From an uncultured Planctomycetota bacterium (GTDB lineage: Bacteria; Planctomycetota; Planctomycetia; Gemmatales; Gemmataceae): a DNA stretch of 64,000 bases. The position numbers and the translations under genes were made by a program. The DNA is taken from assembly GCA_963849325.1 (NCBI GenBank), contig CAWKHF010000006.1, positions 192,001 through 256,000 on the forward strand, written 5' to 3'. The notes under the pieces are model-generated. The model did no database searches. It saw only the letters and a program-made list of their open reading frames with translations, and was not told the origin of the DNA. Positions 22,434 to 32,700 of the stretch are shown here, piece after piece (the stretch's first letter is position 1; every line of letters starts with the position of its first letter).

Positions 22434-22979
22434 ATGAGTGGCTCCATTCGTTGGTTTCAGGTTGCCTATGTGCTGGGTCTATCCGCCGTCGTCCTGTTGC
22501 TGTCGCAGCCTCGTCCGGCCACGGCGCAGCGATCCATGGTCGCGCCGATGCAACAGCAGGTCAATCAGATGATGATGCCCTCCTTCCAGCAAGCTCAGAT
22601 GATGCTCCAGATGGGCGGCATGGGTGGCATGGGCATGATGGGCATGGGCGGCATGATGAGCATGGGCGGCGGCATGATGGGCATGGGCATGGGCGGCATG
22701 TCCATGATGGGCGGCATGAGCATGGGCGGCGGCATGATGGGCATGCGCGGCGGCATGTCCATGATGGGCGGCATGGGCATGGGCGGCATGTCCATGATGG
22801 GCGGCATGATGATGGGCGGCATGGGCATGGGTGGCGGCATGATGGGCATGCGCGGCATGTCCATGATGGGCGGCATGTCCATGATGGGCATGAGCGGCAT
22901 GGGCATGGGCATGGGCGGCGGCATGATGGGCTTCGCCGGCAAGGGCATGGGCGGATTCAACGGCAAGAAAGCCCTCTGA
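22434..22979 (+). CDS. Secreted Met/Gly-rich low-complexity protein 3
   Basis: MSGSIRWFQVAYVLGLSAVVLLLSQPRPATA-QRSMVAPMQQQVNQ ... GFAGKGMGGFNGKKAL. Confidence 0.88.
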   Translation: MSGSIRWFQVAYVLGLSAVVLLLSQPRPATAQRSMVAPMQQQVNQMMMPSFQQAQMMLQMGGMGGMGMMGMGGMMSMGGGMMGMGMGGMSMMGGMSMGGGMMGMRGGMSMMGGMGMGGMSMMGGMMMGGMGMGGGMMGMRGMSMMGGMSMMGMSGMGMGMGGGMMGFAGKGMGGFNGKKAL

Positions 22980-23008
22980 ATTGTCCGCCATTTCCTCTCG
23001 TTCGCGCA

Positions 23009-23041
23009 CGCGCCGGCCTCTTCGCCGGCGCGATCTCTTTT
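23009..23041 (+). terminator. Probable terminator hairpin
   Basis: CGCGCCGGC-CTCTTC-GCCGGCGCG followed by ATCTCTTTT; a similar hairpin follows gene 4 at 24016-24051. Confidence 0.65.
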
Positions 23042-23108
23042 CCTCCTCGCCGGCTCGCCGTCGTTTTCGCCGCCGTCATAAATTTCCAGAATTACGCGAT
23101 CTTTCTTC

Positions 23109-23136
23109 TTGACGTATCCTTTCTTTTCGTTAAGAT
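23109..23136 (+). promoter_or_regulatory. Promoter of Met/Gly-rich gene 4
   Basis: TTGACG-N16-TAAGAT; context shared with 24120-24147. Confidence 0.6.
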
Positions 23137-23483
23137 TGGTGGAAAGGAGGGAACGGCCTGGCGAGCGTCGGGCCGAACATTCTCTCGGCACCTTGACGAA
23201 AGGACTCACCCCAACCATCATCCCGAAACCTCTTCGTTGTGGTTGCCTCTCGGGTTTCCCGACCCGGCCATCCTGGCCCTTCCGTGACAACTGCCTGTCA
23301 TCCCGCTGGCCGAAAGAAACAAGGCCACGGAAAGTTTGACCTGAAACGGTGTTGCTCCTCGACCACGCCCCGGGCGGATGGTGTTCCTCCGCGGCGCGGC
23401 CATCAACGCGGATGGCGTGCGACGTATCGCGCGGGTCGCCAATGCGTTTGACGTCGAAGGCCCTTTTCTTCCTGGAGATCTTC

Positions 23484-23984
23484 ATGCTTGACTCCGTTCG
23501 TTGTCTGCGTGTTAGCTACGTCCTGATGTTGGCGACGGCCGTCCTTGTGCTGTCGCGGCCGGGAGACTCTCGCGGCCAACGGTCGCAGATCGCGCCCATG
23601 CTGCAAACCGTCAATGGCCAGATGTCGCAGTCCATGTCGCAAACCCGCATGATGCTCATGGCAGGCGGCTCGTCCCTGTCGGCGGGCATGGGCGGCGGCG
23701 GCATGAGCGGCGGCATGGGCATGAGTGGCGGCATGAGCGGCGGCATGGGCATGAGCGGCGGCATGATGGGCGGCATGGGCATGAGCGGCGGCATGATGGG
23801 CATGAGCAGCATGGGCATGGGCGGCATGAGCGGCATGGGCATGGGCGGCATGGGCGGCATGATGGGCATGAGCAGCATGGGCCGAGGCGGCATGGGCATG
23901 GGCGGCGGCATGGGCATGGGCGGCGGCATGATGGGCTTCGCCGGCAAGGGCATGGGCGGTTTCAACGGCCGGAAAGCTCTCTGA
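23484..23984 (+). CDS. Secreted Met/Gly/Ser-rich low-complexity protein 4
   Basis: MLDSVRCLRVSYVLMLATAVLVLSRPGDSRG-QRSQIAPMLQTVN ... GFAGKGMGGFNGRKAL. Confidence 0.88.
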   Translation: MLDSVRCLRVSYVLMLATAVLVLSRPGDSRGQRSQIAPMLQTVNGQMSQSMSQTRMMLMAGGSSLSAGMGGGGMSGGMGMSGGMSGGMGMSGGMMGGMGMSGGMMGMSSMGMGGMSGMGMGGMGGMMGMSSMGRGGMGMGGGMGMGGGMMGFAGKGMGGFNGRKAL

Positions 23985-24119
23985 GCCGGCCCACGATTTC
24001 CGCTTTTTCCTCGGACGCGCCGGCCCTTGTTCGCCGGCGCGATCTCCTTTTCTTCCCCGCTCCCGTCCGGCGCCTTTCGCCGGTCGCCGTCCCTTTCCAG
24101 AATTACGCGATCTTTTTTC

Positions 24120-24147
24120 TTGACATGTCGTTCCCTTCCGGTAACAT
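24120..24147 (+). promoter_or_regulatory. Promoter of Met/Gly-rich gene 5
   Basis: TTGACA-N16-TAACAT. Confidence 0.6.
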
Positions 24148-24437
24148 CAATGCAGACGAGGAACCGGCTTGGCGAGCGTCGCCGAGTCGTTCTCTCGGCA
24201 CCTTGACGAAAGAACGCAACGCGACTGTCATCCCGAGACCTCTCTGTTTGGTTTTCCGGCTGGTTTTCTCGATCTGGCTCCTCTCGCTCCTCCACGACAA
24301 CGACCTGTTTTCCCGCCGAGCGAAATAAGCAGGGCGAACCGCGCGGTCCCTCCCGGTTGGTGCCGCGCGGCGGATCGCGGCGGTCCCGGAATGCGTTCGA
24401 ACGTCGAAACGCCCTTCCTTCTCTTCATGGGGATTTC

Positions 24438-24916
24438 ATGCTTGGTTCCGTCCGTTGTCTGCGCCTTGGCTACACCCTGATGTTGGTGGCGACCGTCCTC
24501 CTGCTGTCGCGGCCGGGAACGTCCCGGGCCAGCGCTCCCGGATCGCGCCCATGCTCCAGCAGGTCACGCAGCAATTCTGGCAACCGCAAGTCATGCAAAC
24601 GCGCATGATGCTCATGAGGGGCGGCATGAGCGGCGGCATGAGCGGCGGCATGAGCGGCGGCATGATGGGCGGCATGATGGGCGGCGGCATGATGGGCCGC
24701 GGCGGCATGATGGGCGGCATGATGGGCGGCGGCATGATGGGCATGAGCAGCATGGGCCGCGGCGGCATGATGGGCGGCATGGGTCGCGGCGGCATGGGCA
24801 TGGGCGGCATGGGCGGCATGATGGGCGGCGGCATGGGTGGCGGCATGGGCATGGGCGGCATGATGGGCTTCGCCGGCAAGGGCATGGGCGGATTCAACGG
24901 CAAGAAAGCCCTCTGA
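24438..24916 (+). CDS. Secreted Met/Gly-rich low-complexity protein 5, frameshift near 24515-24525
   Basis: MLGSVRCLRLGYTLMLVATVLLLSRPG / GQRSRIAPMLQQVTQ ... GFAGKGMGGFNGKKAL. Confidence 0.83.
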
Positions 24917-24925
24917 GCCGCCCGC

Positions 24926-24980
24926 GTAGCCGCTGGCGGCTTAGCGTTCGCCGTTGCCCGCTAAGCCGCCAGCGGTTTTT
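24926..24980. repeat. REP-like palindrome, family F (GTAGCCGC...GCTAAGCCGC)
   Basis: CCGCTGGCGGCTTAGCG..CGCTAAGCCGCCAGCGG; related copies at 55062-55103, 21428-21479 and 27715-27740. Confidence 0.75.
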
Positions 24981-25058
24981 GGCCTCGCCTTGACACTCCG
25001 CGAGCGTTGTGCGACCTTCTTCGGCCGGCCTGTCGTCCGAGCCAAGGAGGGCCATGCC

Positions 25059-27618
25059 ATGGACGGTCGATCCGCTTCGGCGTCTGCCCCGCCTCCGTTT
25101 TCCGCACTCCTCTCCGCTGAATTTTCCTCTTCCTCTTTGCCGGCGCCGAAACGTCGTCGCTGGCATTTGTCGCTGGTCTTGCCGGCCTACAACGAGGAAG
25201 CCGGCATCCGTCAGGCCGTCGCCGAGGCGTGCGACGGCGCTGGCGGAGCTGACCGCCGACTACGAAATCCTGGTCGTGGACGACGGCAGCCGCGACGACA
25301 CCGCCGCCATCGTGGCCGAGATGGCGGCGACGCGGCCGCGCCTGCGGCTGCTGCGTCACGTGTCCAATCGCGGTTACGGCGCCGCCCTGCGTACCGGCTT
25401 CGCCGCGGCGCGCTTCGAGCGCGTGGCCTTCACCGACGCCGACTGTCAGTTTCACCTCGCCGACCTCGGCCGTCTGCTGTCGTTGTCCGAGCGTTTTCCG
25501 CTGGTGGTTGGCTGGCGGCAGGCGCGGCAGGATCCGTGGCGGCGCCGCTTTCTGTCGCGCGGCTACAACCTGCTGACACGGACCTTGCTGGGCACGCGCG
25601 TGCGCGACTGCGACTGCGCCCTGAAGGTGTTTCACCGCGACGTGCTCGCCGCACTGCTGCCGGAGACGAACACGTTTTTCGTCAACGCCGAGATGCTGGC
25701 CAAGGCACGTCAGCTGGGCCTGGACGTGGCCGAGGTCGGCGTGCGTCATCGGCCGCGCCTGCGCGGAGCGAGCAAGGTGTCGTTGGGCGAGGTGCCGCGT
25801 ACGCTGGCGACGCTGGTGCCGTTCTGGTGGTCGCGGGTGCTGTTCGCGGGGGATGAGCGATTTCTCCCCTCTCCCCCGCTTCGGGGGAGAGGGGTAGGGG
25901 GTGAGGGGGCAGCGTCTCCCCCTCACCCCCTACCCCTCTCCCCCGAAGCGGGGGAGAGGGGAGAAAGAAGACGGAGCGGACGCTCGCTGGCACTTCTCGT
26001 GCTCCTCGCCGCGACCCTGTTCTTTCTCCGTCTGCGCGCCCCGCTGCTGGAACCGCAGGAGCCGCGCTACGCCGAGATCCCCCGGCAGATGTTGCAAGAG
26101 GGACGTTTGCTGGTGCCGGTGCTGCACGGCCAGCCGTACCTCGACAAGCCGCCGCTGCTGTACTGGCTGGTGATGGGTAGTTACGGCCTGTTCGGCGTCC
26201 ACGACTGGTCGGCCCGCCTGGTGCCGGGCCTGGCCGGCGTCCTGACGGTGCTGCTGACCTACGGCTGGGGCCGCCGCGCCGTCGGCGAGCGCGCCGGATT
26301 GTGCGGGGCGCTGGTGCTGTGTCTGTCGGCCGGCTTCGTTTATCGCCAGCGCATGCTCAACATGGACAGCCTGCTGTGCCTGTGGGTGACGGCCGCCCTG
26401 GCGTCGGCCCACCGGGCGCTGACGACCGGGCCGCTCCTGCGGCGGCGCTGGGGGCTGACGGCGGCCGTCGCCTGCGGCCTGGGACTGCTGACCAAGGGTC
26501 CGGTGGCCCTCGTCCTGATCGGGACGCCGCTGCTGCTCTATCGGTGTCTGGAGCCGCGTTGCGCCCGCGTGTCCTTCCGCGCCGCGGCCCTGTTCGTGCT
26601 GCTGGCCGTGGCCGTGGCGGCGCCGTGGTACGTCGCCGTTATGGTGCGGGAGCCGGACTTCGCGTATTCCTTCTTCTGGCGACACCACGTCGAACGGTTC
26701 CTGACACCGTTCGACCACGAGAAGCCGGCCTGGTTTTACCTGCCCGGCCTGCTGGCCGGTATGCTGCCGTGGACGCTGCTGTTGCCGGGGTTTGTACGTT
26801 ATCTTGCCCGGCGTTCGCCGCGCGCCGCTCGGCGTCGTCCGGCCGCGCTCGGATTCTTTCTGCTGTCGGCCCTGTGGTGTGTGCTGTTCTTCTCGGCCTC
26901 CGGCTGTAAGCGACCCGCGTACATTCTGCCGGCGATGCCGCCGCTGGCGCTGGCGCTGGGCTGCTACCTGAACGTCCTGGTTCCGCATGGCCGCCGTCTG
27001 TCCGGCGCCGGCTTGCTGCTGTTGTGGCGCTGGCGCTCGGCGGCGGCGTCGGCGGGCGACGATGCTCGTGCTGGTGCTGGCCCTGGGGATCGTCGCCGCT
27101 GGCCGGCCGGCAAGCAGATGTCTGCGTCCTGGCTCTGGCCTTCGTGCTGGAGGTCGCTGGCCGCTTGCGGCTTGGCGCTAGGCTGTACGCGGCGCATCTC
27201 GTGGGGCGTCTGCGCCGCCGTCACCTTCGTCGTGCTCGGTCTGGGGGTCTACCACTTGCAGCCCGCCTACAATCGCCAGTTCGCGCTGCGCGGCCACCTG
27301 CGCGGCGACACCGACCTCGCCGACGGGACGCGCCTGCCGGTCGTTTGCTATCCGCAGCGCTGGGATTCGGTCAGCTTCTACCTGCCCCGCGCCGACGTGC
27401 GCGTGTACACGCTGGAGCAGCGGCGGCAGATGCTGGCGGACCTGCGCTCGCGGCCGCGGACGCTGTTGCTGGTGAAGTCCGGCAAGGTACTCGATGATCT
27501 GCTGCGCGAGTTGTCCGACTCGATCGAGTTCGTGGCGCACGGCCGGCCGGGAGTCGTCACCGCCGGCTGGGTGCGTCCACGCCGCGAACCGTCCGAGGCC
27601 GCCTACGCACGGCGCTGA
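25059..27618 (+). CDS. GT2 (polyprenyl-phosphate glycosyltransferase-like) fused to an ArnT/PMT-family membrane glycosyltransferase, frameshifts near 25230 and probably 27050-27150
   Basis: LSLVLPAYNEE, VVDDGSRD, NRGYGAAL, FTDAD; then EPRYAEIPRQM, YLDKPPLLYW, LLTKGPV, APWY, KRPAYILP. Confidence 0.88.
25865..25962. repeat. REP-like palindrome inserted in frame in the glycosyltransferase linker
   Basis: CCCTCTCCCCCGCTTCGGGGGAGAGGGGTAGGGGGTGAGGGGG..CCCCCTCACCCCCTACCCCTCTCCCCCGAAGCGGGGGAGAGGGG. Confidence 0.88.
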
Positions 27619-27790
27619 CACCGCGTCGCCTTCCGAGCCTGAAGCGTAAGCGAAGAGACGACAACTTTTGCATGCCGATCCCTTCGCTTACGCTTCAGGC
27701 TCGGACAAACCCTACTCGCCAAGTCGCAAGCGGCTTGCGATAATGGCCCTGCCCACGGACATCCCCTCATCCCCACCGGAGATCCGCACC

Positions 27791-28994
27791 ATGACTCTTC
27801 CGCACCGTCGCGCCGTCCTCGCCGGCGGACTGGCCGGCCTAGCTTGCTCCGCACTGTCCGGCGCCGAGCCGCGCGCCGCCAAGGACGCCCTCAAGATCAC
27901 CAAGCTGGAAACCTTCCTCGTCAAACCGCGCTGGCTGTTCCTCAAAATCCACACCAACGCCGGCATCACCGGCCTGGGCGAGCCCATCCTCGAAGGCCGC
28001 GCCCGCACCGTCGCCGAGGCCGTCAAGGAGATCGAGCCGTACCTGATCGGCAAGGATCCGCGCAGGTCGTCCACCACTGGCAGGCTATCTATCGCCACGC
28101 TTTCTATCGCGGCGGGCCCATCCTCACCAGCGCCCTGAGCGGCATCGACATCGCCCTGTGGGACATCAAGGGCAAGGCGCTGGGCGTGCCGGTCTACGAG
28201 TTGCTCGGCGGACCCACCCGGCAGCGCGTGCGCGTTTACGCCCATGCTCGCATCTCCCGAGAAGCTGAAGGAGCTGAAGGACAAGGGCTTCACCGCCTTC
28301 AAGACCGGCCCGGCCAAGCGACGGCCGGCGCGCTACGTCGAGACGCCGGCCGAGGTGCGCCACGTCGCCGAGCGCGTTCGCCGAGCTGCGCAAGGCCGGC
28401 GGCGACGACGTGGACATCGCCATCGACTTCCACGGAGCCATCAGTCCCGCCACGGCCAAGCTGCTCATCAAGGCGCTGGAGCCATATCAACCCATGTTCA
28501 TCGAGGAGCCGTGCCAGGCGCAGAACCACGACATCATGGCCGAGATCGCGCGCGGCACGCACCTGCCCATCGCCACCGGCGAGCGCGTCTTCACCAAATG
28601 GGGCTTCCGCGAAGTGCTGGAGAAGAAGGCGGCGACGATCTTGCAGCCGGACCTGTGCCACGCCGGCGGCATCACGGAATGTCGTCTCATCGCCGGCATG
28701 GCCGAGGCGTATTACGCCGCCATCGCGCCGCACTGTCCGCTCGGTCCCATCGCCCTGGCCGCCGGCGTGCAGCTGGCCGCGTCCATTCCCAACTTCGTCG
28801 CCCAGGAACAGGTCACGCTCGGCGACGGCTATCTCAAACGGCCGTTCGCGCTGCGCCAGGGCTATCTCGATCTGCCGACGGGACCGGGGCTGGGCATCGA
28901 GCTGGACGAGCACGCCCTGGCCGACAAGATCGATCACGATTGGAAGAACCGCGAGGAGTACGACGCCGACGATGGTTCCGTGGTCGATTGGTGA
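27791..28994 (+). CDS. dgoD: Galactonate dehydratase-like enolase-superfamily enzyme with a Tat-type leader, three frameshifts
   Basis: [89 protein letters not shown]. Confidence 0.88.
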
Positions 28995-29014
28995 TCCGCT
29001 GGGAGTGCCTGAGG

Positions 29015-29254
29015 TTATTCGCGTGGCCGATCTGCTGCCGCGACGGGAACCGACTGCCGATCCGCGTTTCTCGCGATGAGCCGCTGTGCCGCGGCCAGGA
29101 GCTGATCGTCCTCGACGTCCCAGATGGCCTCTGCTTCCGGACACCCGGCAGCAGTTGTCAAATTCGCTACCAACTGCCCCAACCGCCATTCCGGGAACAA
29201 CTGACGAAGACGGGCGACGGCTTGGAGCAGAGCATCGGAGGTCGTGTGACTCAT
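29015..29254 (-). CDS. Small hypothetical protein, translationally coupled to the upstream gene
   Basis: 79 aa, [30 protein letters not shown] overlap at 29251-29254. Confidence 0.65.
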   Translation of the reverse strand: MSHTTSDALLQAVARLRQLFPEWRLGQLVANLTTAAGCPEAEAIWDVEDDQLLAAAQRLIARNADRQSVPVAAADRPRE

Positions 29255-29553
29255 GGCAACAAGTCTCCCACGGAGGGATACGAGCCAACGGGAATCGACA
29301 GATCATCGATCACTTCGACGCGAACCAATACCCCTGGCAGCAGTTTCGCCACGCGGGTCGCTCGAGTCACGCCGTCACTGATGACCAATTGTCCATCGCT
29401 CCCGCGGCTTACCAGGAGAGGAGGCATTCCGGCGATAGCGTTACCAAACCGGGCGATTTGCCGATGAAGTTTGACCGGATCGGCTCCGGATCGCCGCGTG
29501 CTGGGAAGCCGAAGGGTTTTCGGATCGACATCCAGAAATACCGTCCGATTCAC
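29251..29553 (-). CDS. Small ParB/Srx-like domain protein (tentative)
   Basis: GTG start; VDPKTLRLP, MPPLLV.R..DGQLVISDGVTRATR resembles the ParB N-terminal P.V..IDG.HR pattern. Confidence 0.55.
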   Translation of the reverse strand: MNRTVFLDVDPKTLRLPSTRRSGADPVKLHRQIARFGNAIAGMPPLLVSRGSDGQLVISDGVTRATRVAKLLPGVLVRVEVIDDLSIPVGSYPSVGDLLP

Positions 29554-29769
29554 GACTTCACTGTAGCAGAAAGGGGAGGGATGCGGAAGCGCGGGCCGGG
29601 AGGAAGCCAGCCCCGCTGCCGGACACCCCTGCTCCCCAGCGTGTGGAAAACCGAGCGCGGCCCTTGCGTGGGTCGATGCCTTCGTGGACAATGAGGCGAC
29701 ACTTTCTCCCCCTTGTCTGGATCGAAGAAATCTGGGCGAAGGGACGGCGACCGTAATCAGGAGTGGCCC

Positions 29770-32700
29770 ATGTTTCGCAGCCGGTGCGCGGGTTGGTTCC
29801 GTTCGTGCCTGATTGTGGGGATGGCATGTCTCGTGGTGCAAACGCCCCTATCCCGAATGCTCCGGGCCGAACCGCCGAAACCAGCGCTGACACCGGAACA
29901 GCAGCAGCAATTGGAGAAGGCGAAGCGTCTCCAAGCGGAGGTAGTCGCACTCTCCCGGCAGGGCCGATACCGTGAGGCGGTTGATCGGGCCCGCCAAGTT
30001 GCCGAGATCTGCAAGGAGTTGCTGGGCGAGAAGCATCCTCTCTACGCCACCTGCCTGAACAACCTGGCCCAGCTGTACGACTCCCAGGGCGACTACGCCA
30101 AGGCCGAGCCGTTGTTTCGCCAAGCGCTGCAAATCCGCAAGCAGGCGCTGGGAGAAAAGCACCCCGACTACGCCACCAGCCTGAACAACCTGGCCGGCCT
30201 GTATCAGTCCCAGGGAGACTACGCCAAGGCCGAGCCGCTGTACCGACAGGCCGTGGAGATCCTCAAGCAGGCGCTGGGCGAGAAGCACGTCGCCTACGCT
30301 ACCAGCCTGAACAACCTGGCCGAACTGTACCGCTGCCAGGGCGACTACGCCAAAGCCGAGCCGCTGTGCCAACAGGCTGCGGAGATCCTCAAGCAGGCGC
30401 TGGGCGCAGAAGCACCCCTCCTACGCTACCAGCCTGAACAACCTGGGTCTGCTGTACCAATTCCAGGGCGACTACGCCAAGGCCGAGCCGATGCATCGAC
30501 AGGCGACGGAGATCCTCAAGCAGGCGCTGGGCGCAAAGCACCCCTCCTACGCCAGCAGCCTGAACAACCTGGCCGGGCTGTACCAATTCCAGGGCGACTA
30601 CGCCAAGGCCGAACCTCTGTACCGACAGGCGCGGGAGATCATCAAGCAGGCGCTGGGCGACAAGCACCCCGACTATGCCAGCTGCCTGAACAACCTGGCC
30701 CTGCTGTACAAGTCTCAGGGCGATTACGCCAAGGCCGAGCCGATGTACCGACAGGCGACGGAGATCAAGAAGCAAGTGCTCGGCGCGAAGCACCCCCTCT
30801 ACGCCACCAGCCTGACCGGCCTGGCCCAGCTGTACCAGTCCCAGGGCGACTACGCCAAGGCCGAACCTCTGTACCGACAGGCGCTGCAAATCCGCAAGCA
30901 GGCGCTGGGAGAAAAGCATCCCGACTACGCCACCAGTCTGAATGAACTGGCCTTGCTGCACCACTCCCTGAGGGACTACGCCAAGGCCGAGCCGCTGTAC
31001 CAACAGGCGTTGGCCATCCGCAAGCAGGTGCTGGGCGCGAAGCACCCCGACTACGCCGCCAGCCTGAACAACCTGGCCATGCTGTACTCTTCTCAGGGCG
31101 ACTACGCCAAGGCCGAGCCGCTGTGCCGACAGGCGCTGGCGATCAACAAGCAAGTACTAGGCGAAAAGCATCCTGGCTACGCCACTGACCTGAACAACCT
31201 GGCGGAGTTGTGCCGCTGCCAGGGCGACTATGCCAAGGCCGAGCCGCTGTTTCGCCAGGCGCTGGAGATCCTCAAGCCGGCGCTGGGCGAGCAGCACCCC
31301 TCCTACGCTACCAGCCTGAACAACCTGGCCGGGCTGTACCAATTCCAGGGCGATTACGCCAGGGCCGAATCGCAGTGCCGGAAAGCTCTGACCATCACTC
31401 GCGGCAACCTCGAACTGGCCGCCACCGTGCAGTCCGAGCGGCAGCAACTGGACGTGCTCGAGAAGGTGCGCTACACGCTCGAACGTCTACCTGTCGGCGG
31501 CCATCGCGGCCCGGCAATCCGCCGAGAGGATCTATGAGCCGATCTTGACCTGGAAAGGAGCCGTCAGCCTGCGGCAACAAAACCAGCGGCTGGCGCGGCG
31601 TCATCCCGAACTGGCGGACGACTTCGCTACCCTGGATCGCGTCGCCTCCCGTCTGGCCGCCCTGGCCCTGGCCGTGCCCGTGCCCGACCCCAAACAGCAG
31701 CAAGCACGTCACGAACAAATCCAGAAACTCACCAAGGAGAAGGAAGACCTGGAGAGCCAACTGGCTCGCCGCAGCGCCGACTTCCGTACCGAAAAGGAGC
31801 TGCGGCGGCTGATGCCGGCCCAGCTGCAAGCCGCCCTCCCCGAAGGAACCGCCCTCCTCGACTTCCTCCAATACAGCCATTGCACGCCCTCTACCCAGAA
31901 GAAAGGGCAATGGCAGGTAGAGCGCCGACTGGCGGCCTTCGTGGTCCGCCGCGACGCGCTGGTGCGCGTGGACCTCGGCCCGATCCAGCCCATTCAGGAG
32001 GCGCTGCAAAGCTGGCGGCTGGCCTTGCAGCGACGCTTCCGCACCGAAGGCGACAACGCCCTCGGCGCCGCCGTGCGTCAGCTCATCTGGCAGCCGATGG
32101 AGAAGCACCTGGGCGGGGCCAAGATGGTGCTGGTCTCTCCCGATGGCGAACTGGCTCGCGTCCCCTTCGCCGCCCTGCCCGGCAGCAAGAAGGACTCCTA
32201 TCTGCTGGAAGAACTCGCCCTGGCCGTCGTGCCCGTGCCGCAACTGTTGCCGCAACTGCTGGCGTCGCCTGCCGGCGAGAGTAAGTCCGAGCCGTCGCTG
32301 TTGCTGGTCGGCAACGTCCGCTATGACGCCGCAGCCTCTGGAGAGGCCGTCGCGGACAGCCGCTCCGCTCCGCGCGCTGGCACGCTCTTAAGCTGGAAGC
32401 CGCTGGAGAATACCGGCGACGAGGTGGCGGCCATCAAGGACCGCTTCCAACGTCGCTTCCGCCGCGGCATCGTCACCGACCTGCGCGAAGACGAGGCCAC
32501 CGAGGCCGAGGTACGCCGGCAGATGCCCAAGCATCGCTATCTGCACTTCGCCACGCACGGCTTCTTCGCTCCCAAGGAAGTGCATTCCGCCCTGGCGGCG
32601 GTGTCGCGCGGCAAGGACGGCGACGCCGACAACCTGTTCGGCGGTCGCAAGGGCGTGGTGGGGTTCCATCCGGGTTTGCTGTCGGGGTTGGTGCTGGCGG

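Noticed and set aside
20755-24903. His-rich (HDGRH, HAAH) and Pro/Met-rich ORFs in other frames and on the minus strand
   Set aside because: These are shadow translations of the ATG/GGC repeats. Signal peptides, the conserved tail, promoters and terminators all support the Met/Gly frame.
21050-24916. CRISPR array or GroEL C-terminal (GGM)n fragments
   Set aside because: There is no repeat-spacer periodicity and no cas gene. No chaperonin domain is present and the proteins have signal peptides.
30020-31370. 126-bp periodic DNA repeats as a non-coding array
   Set aside because: Fully explained by in-frame 42-aa TPR repeats.
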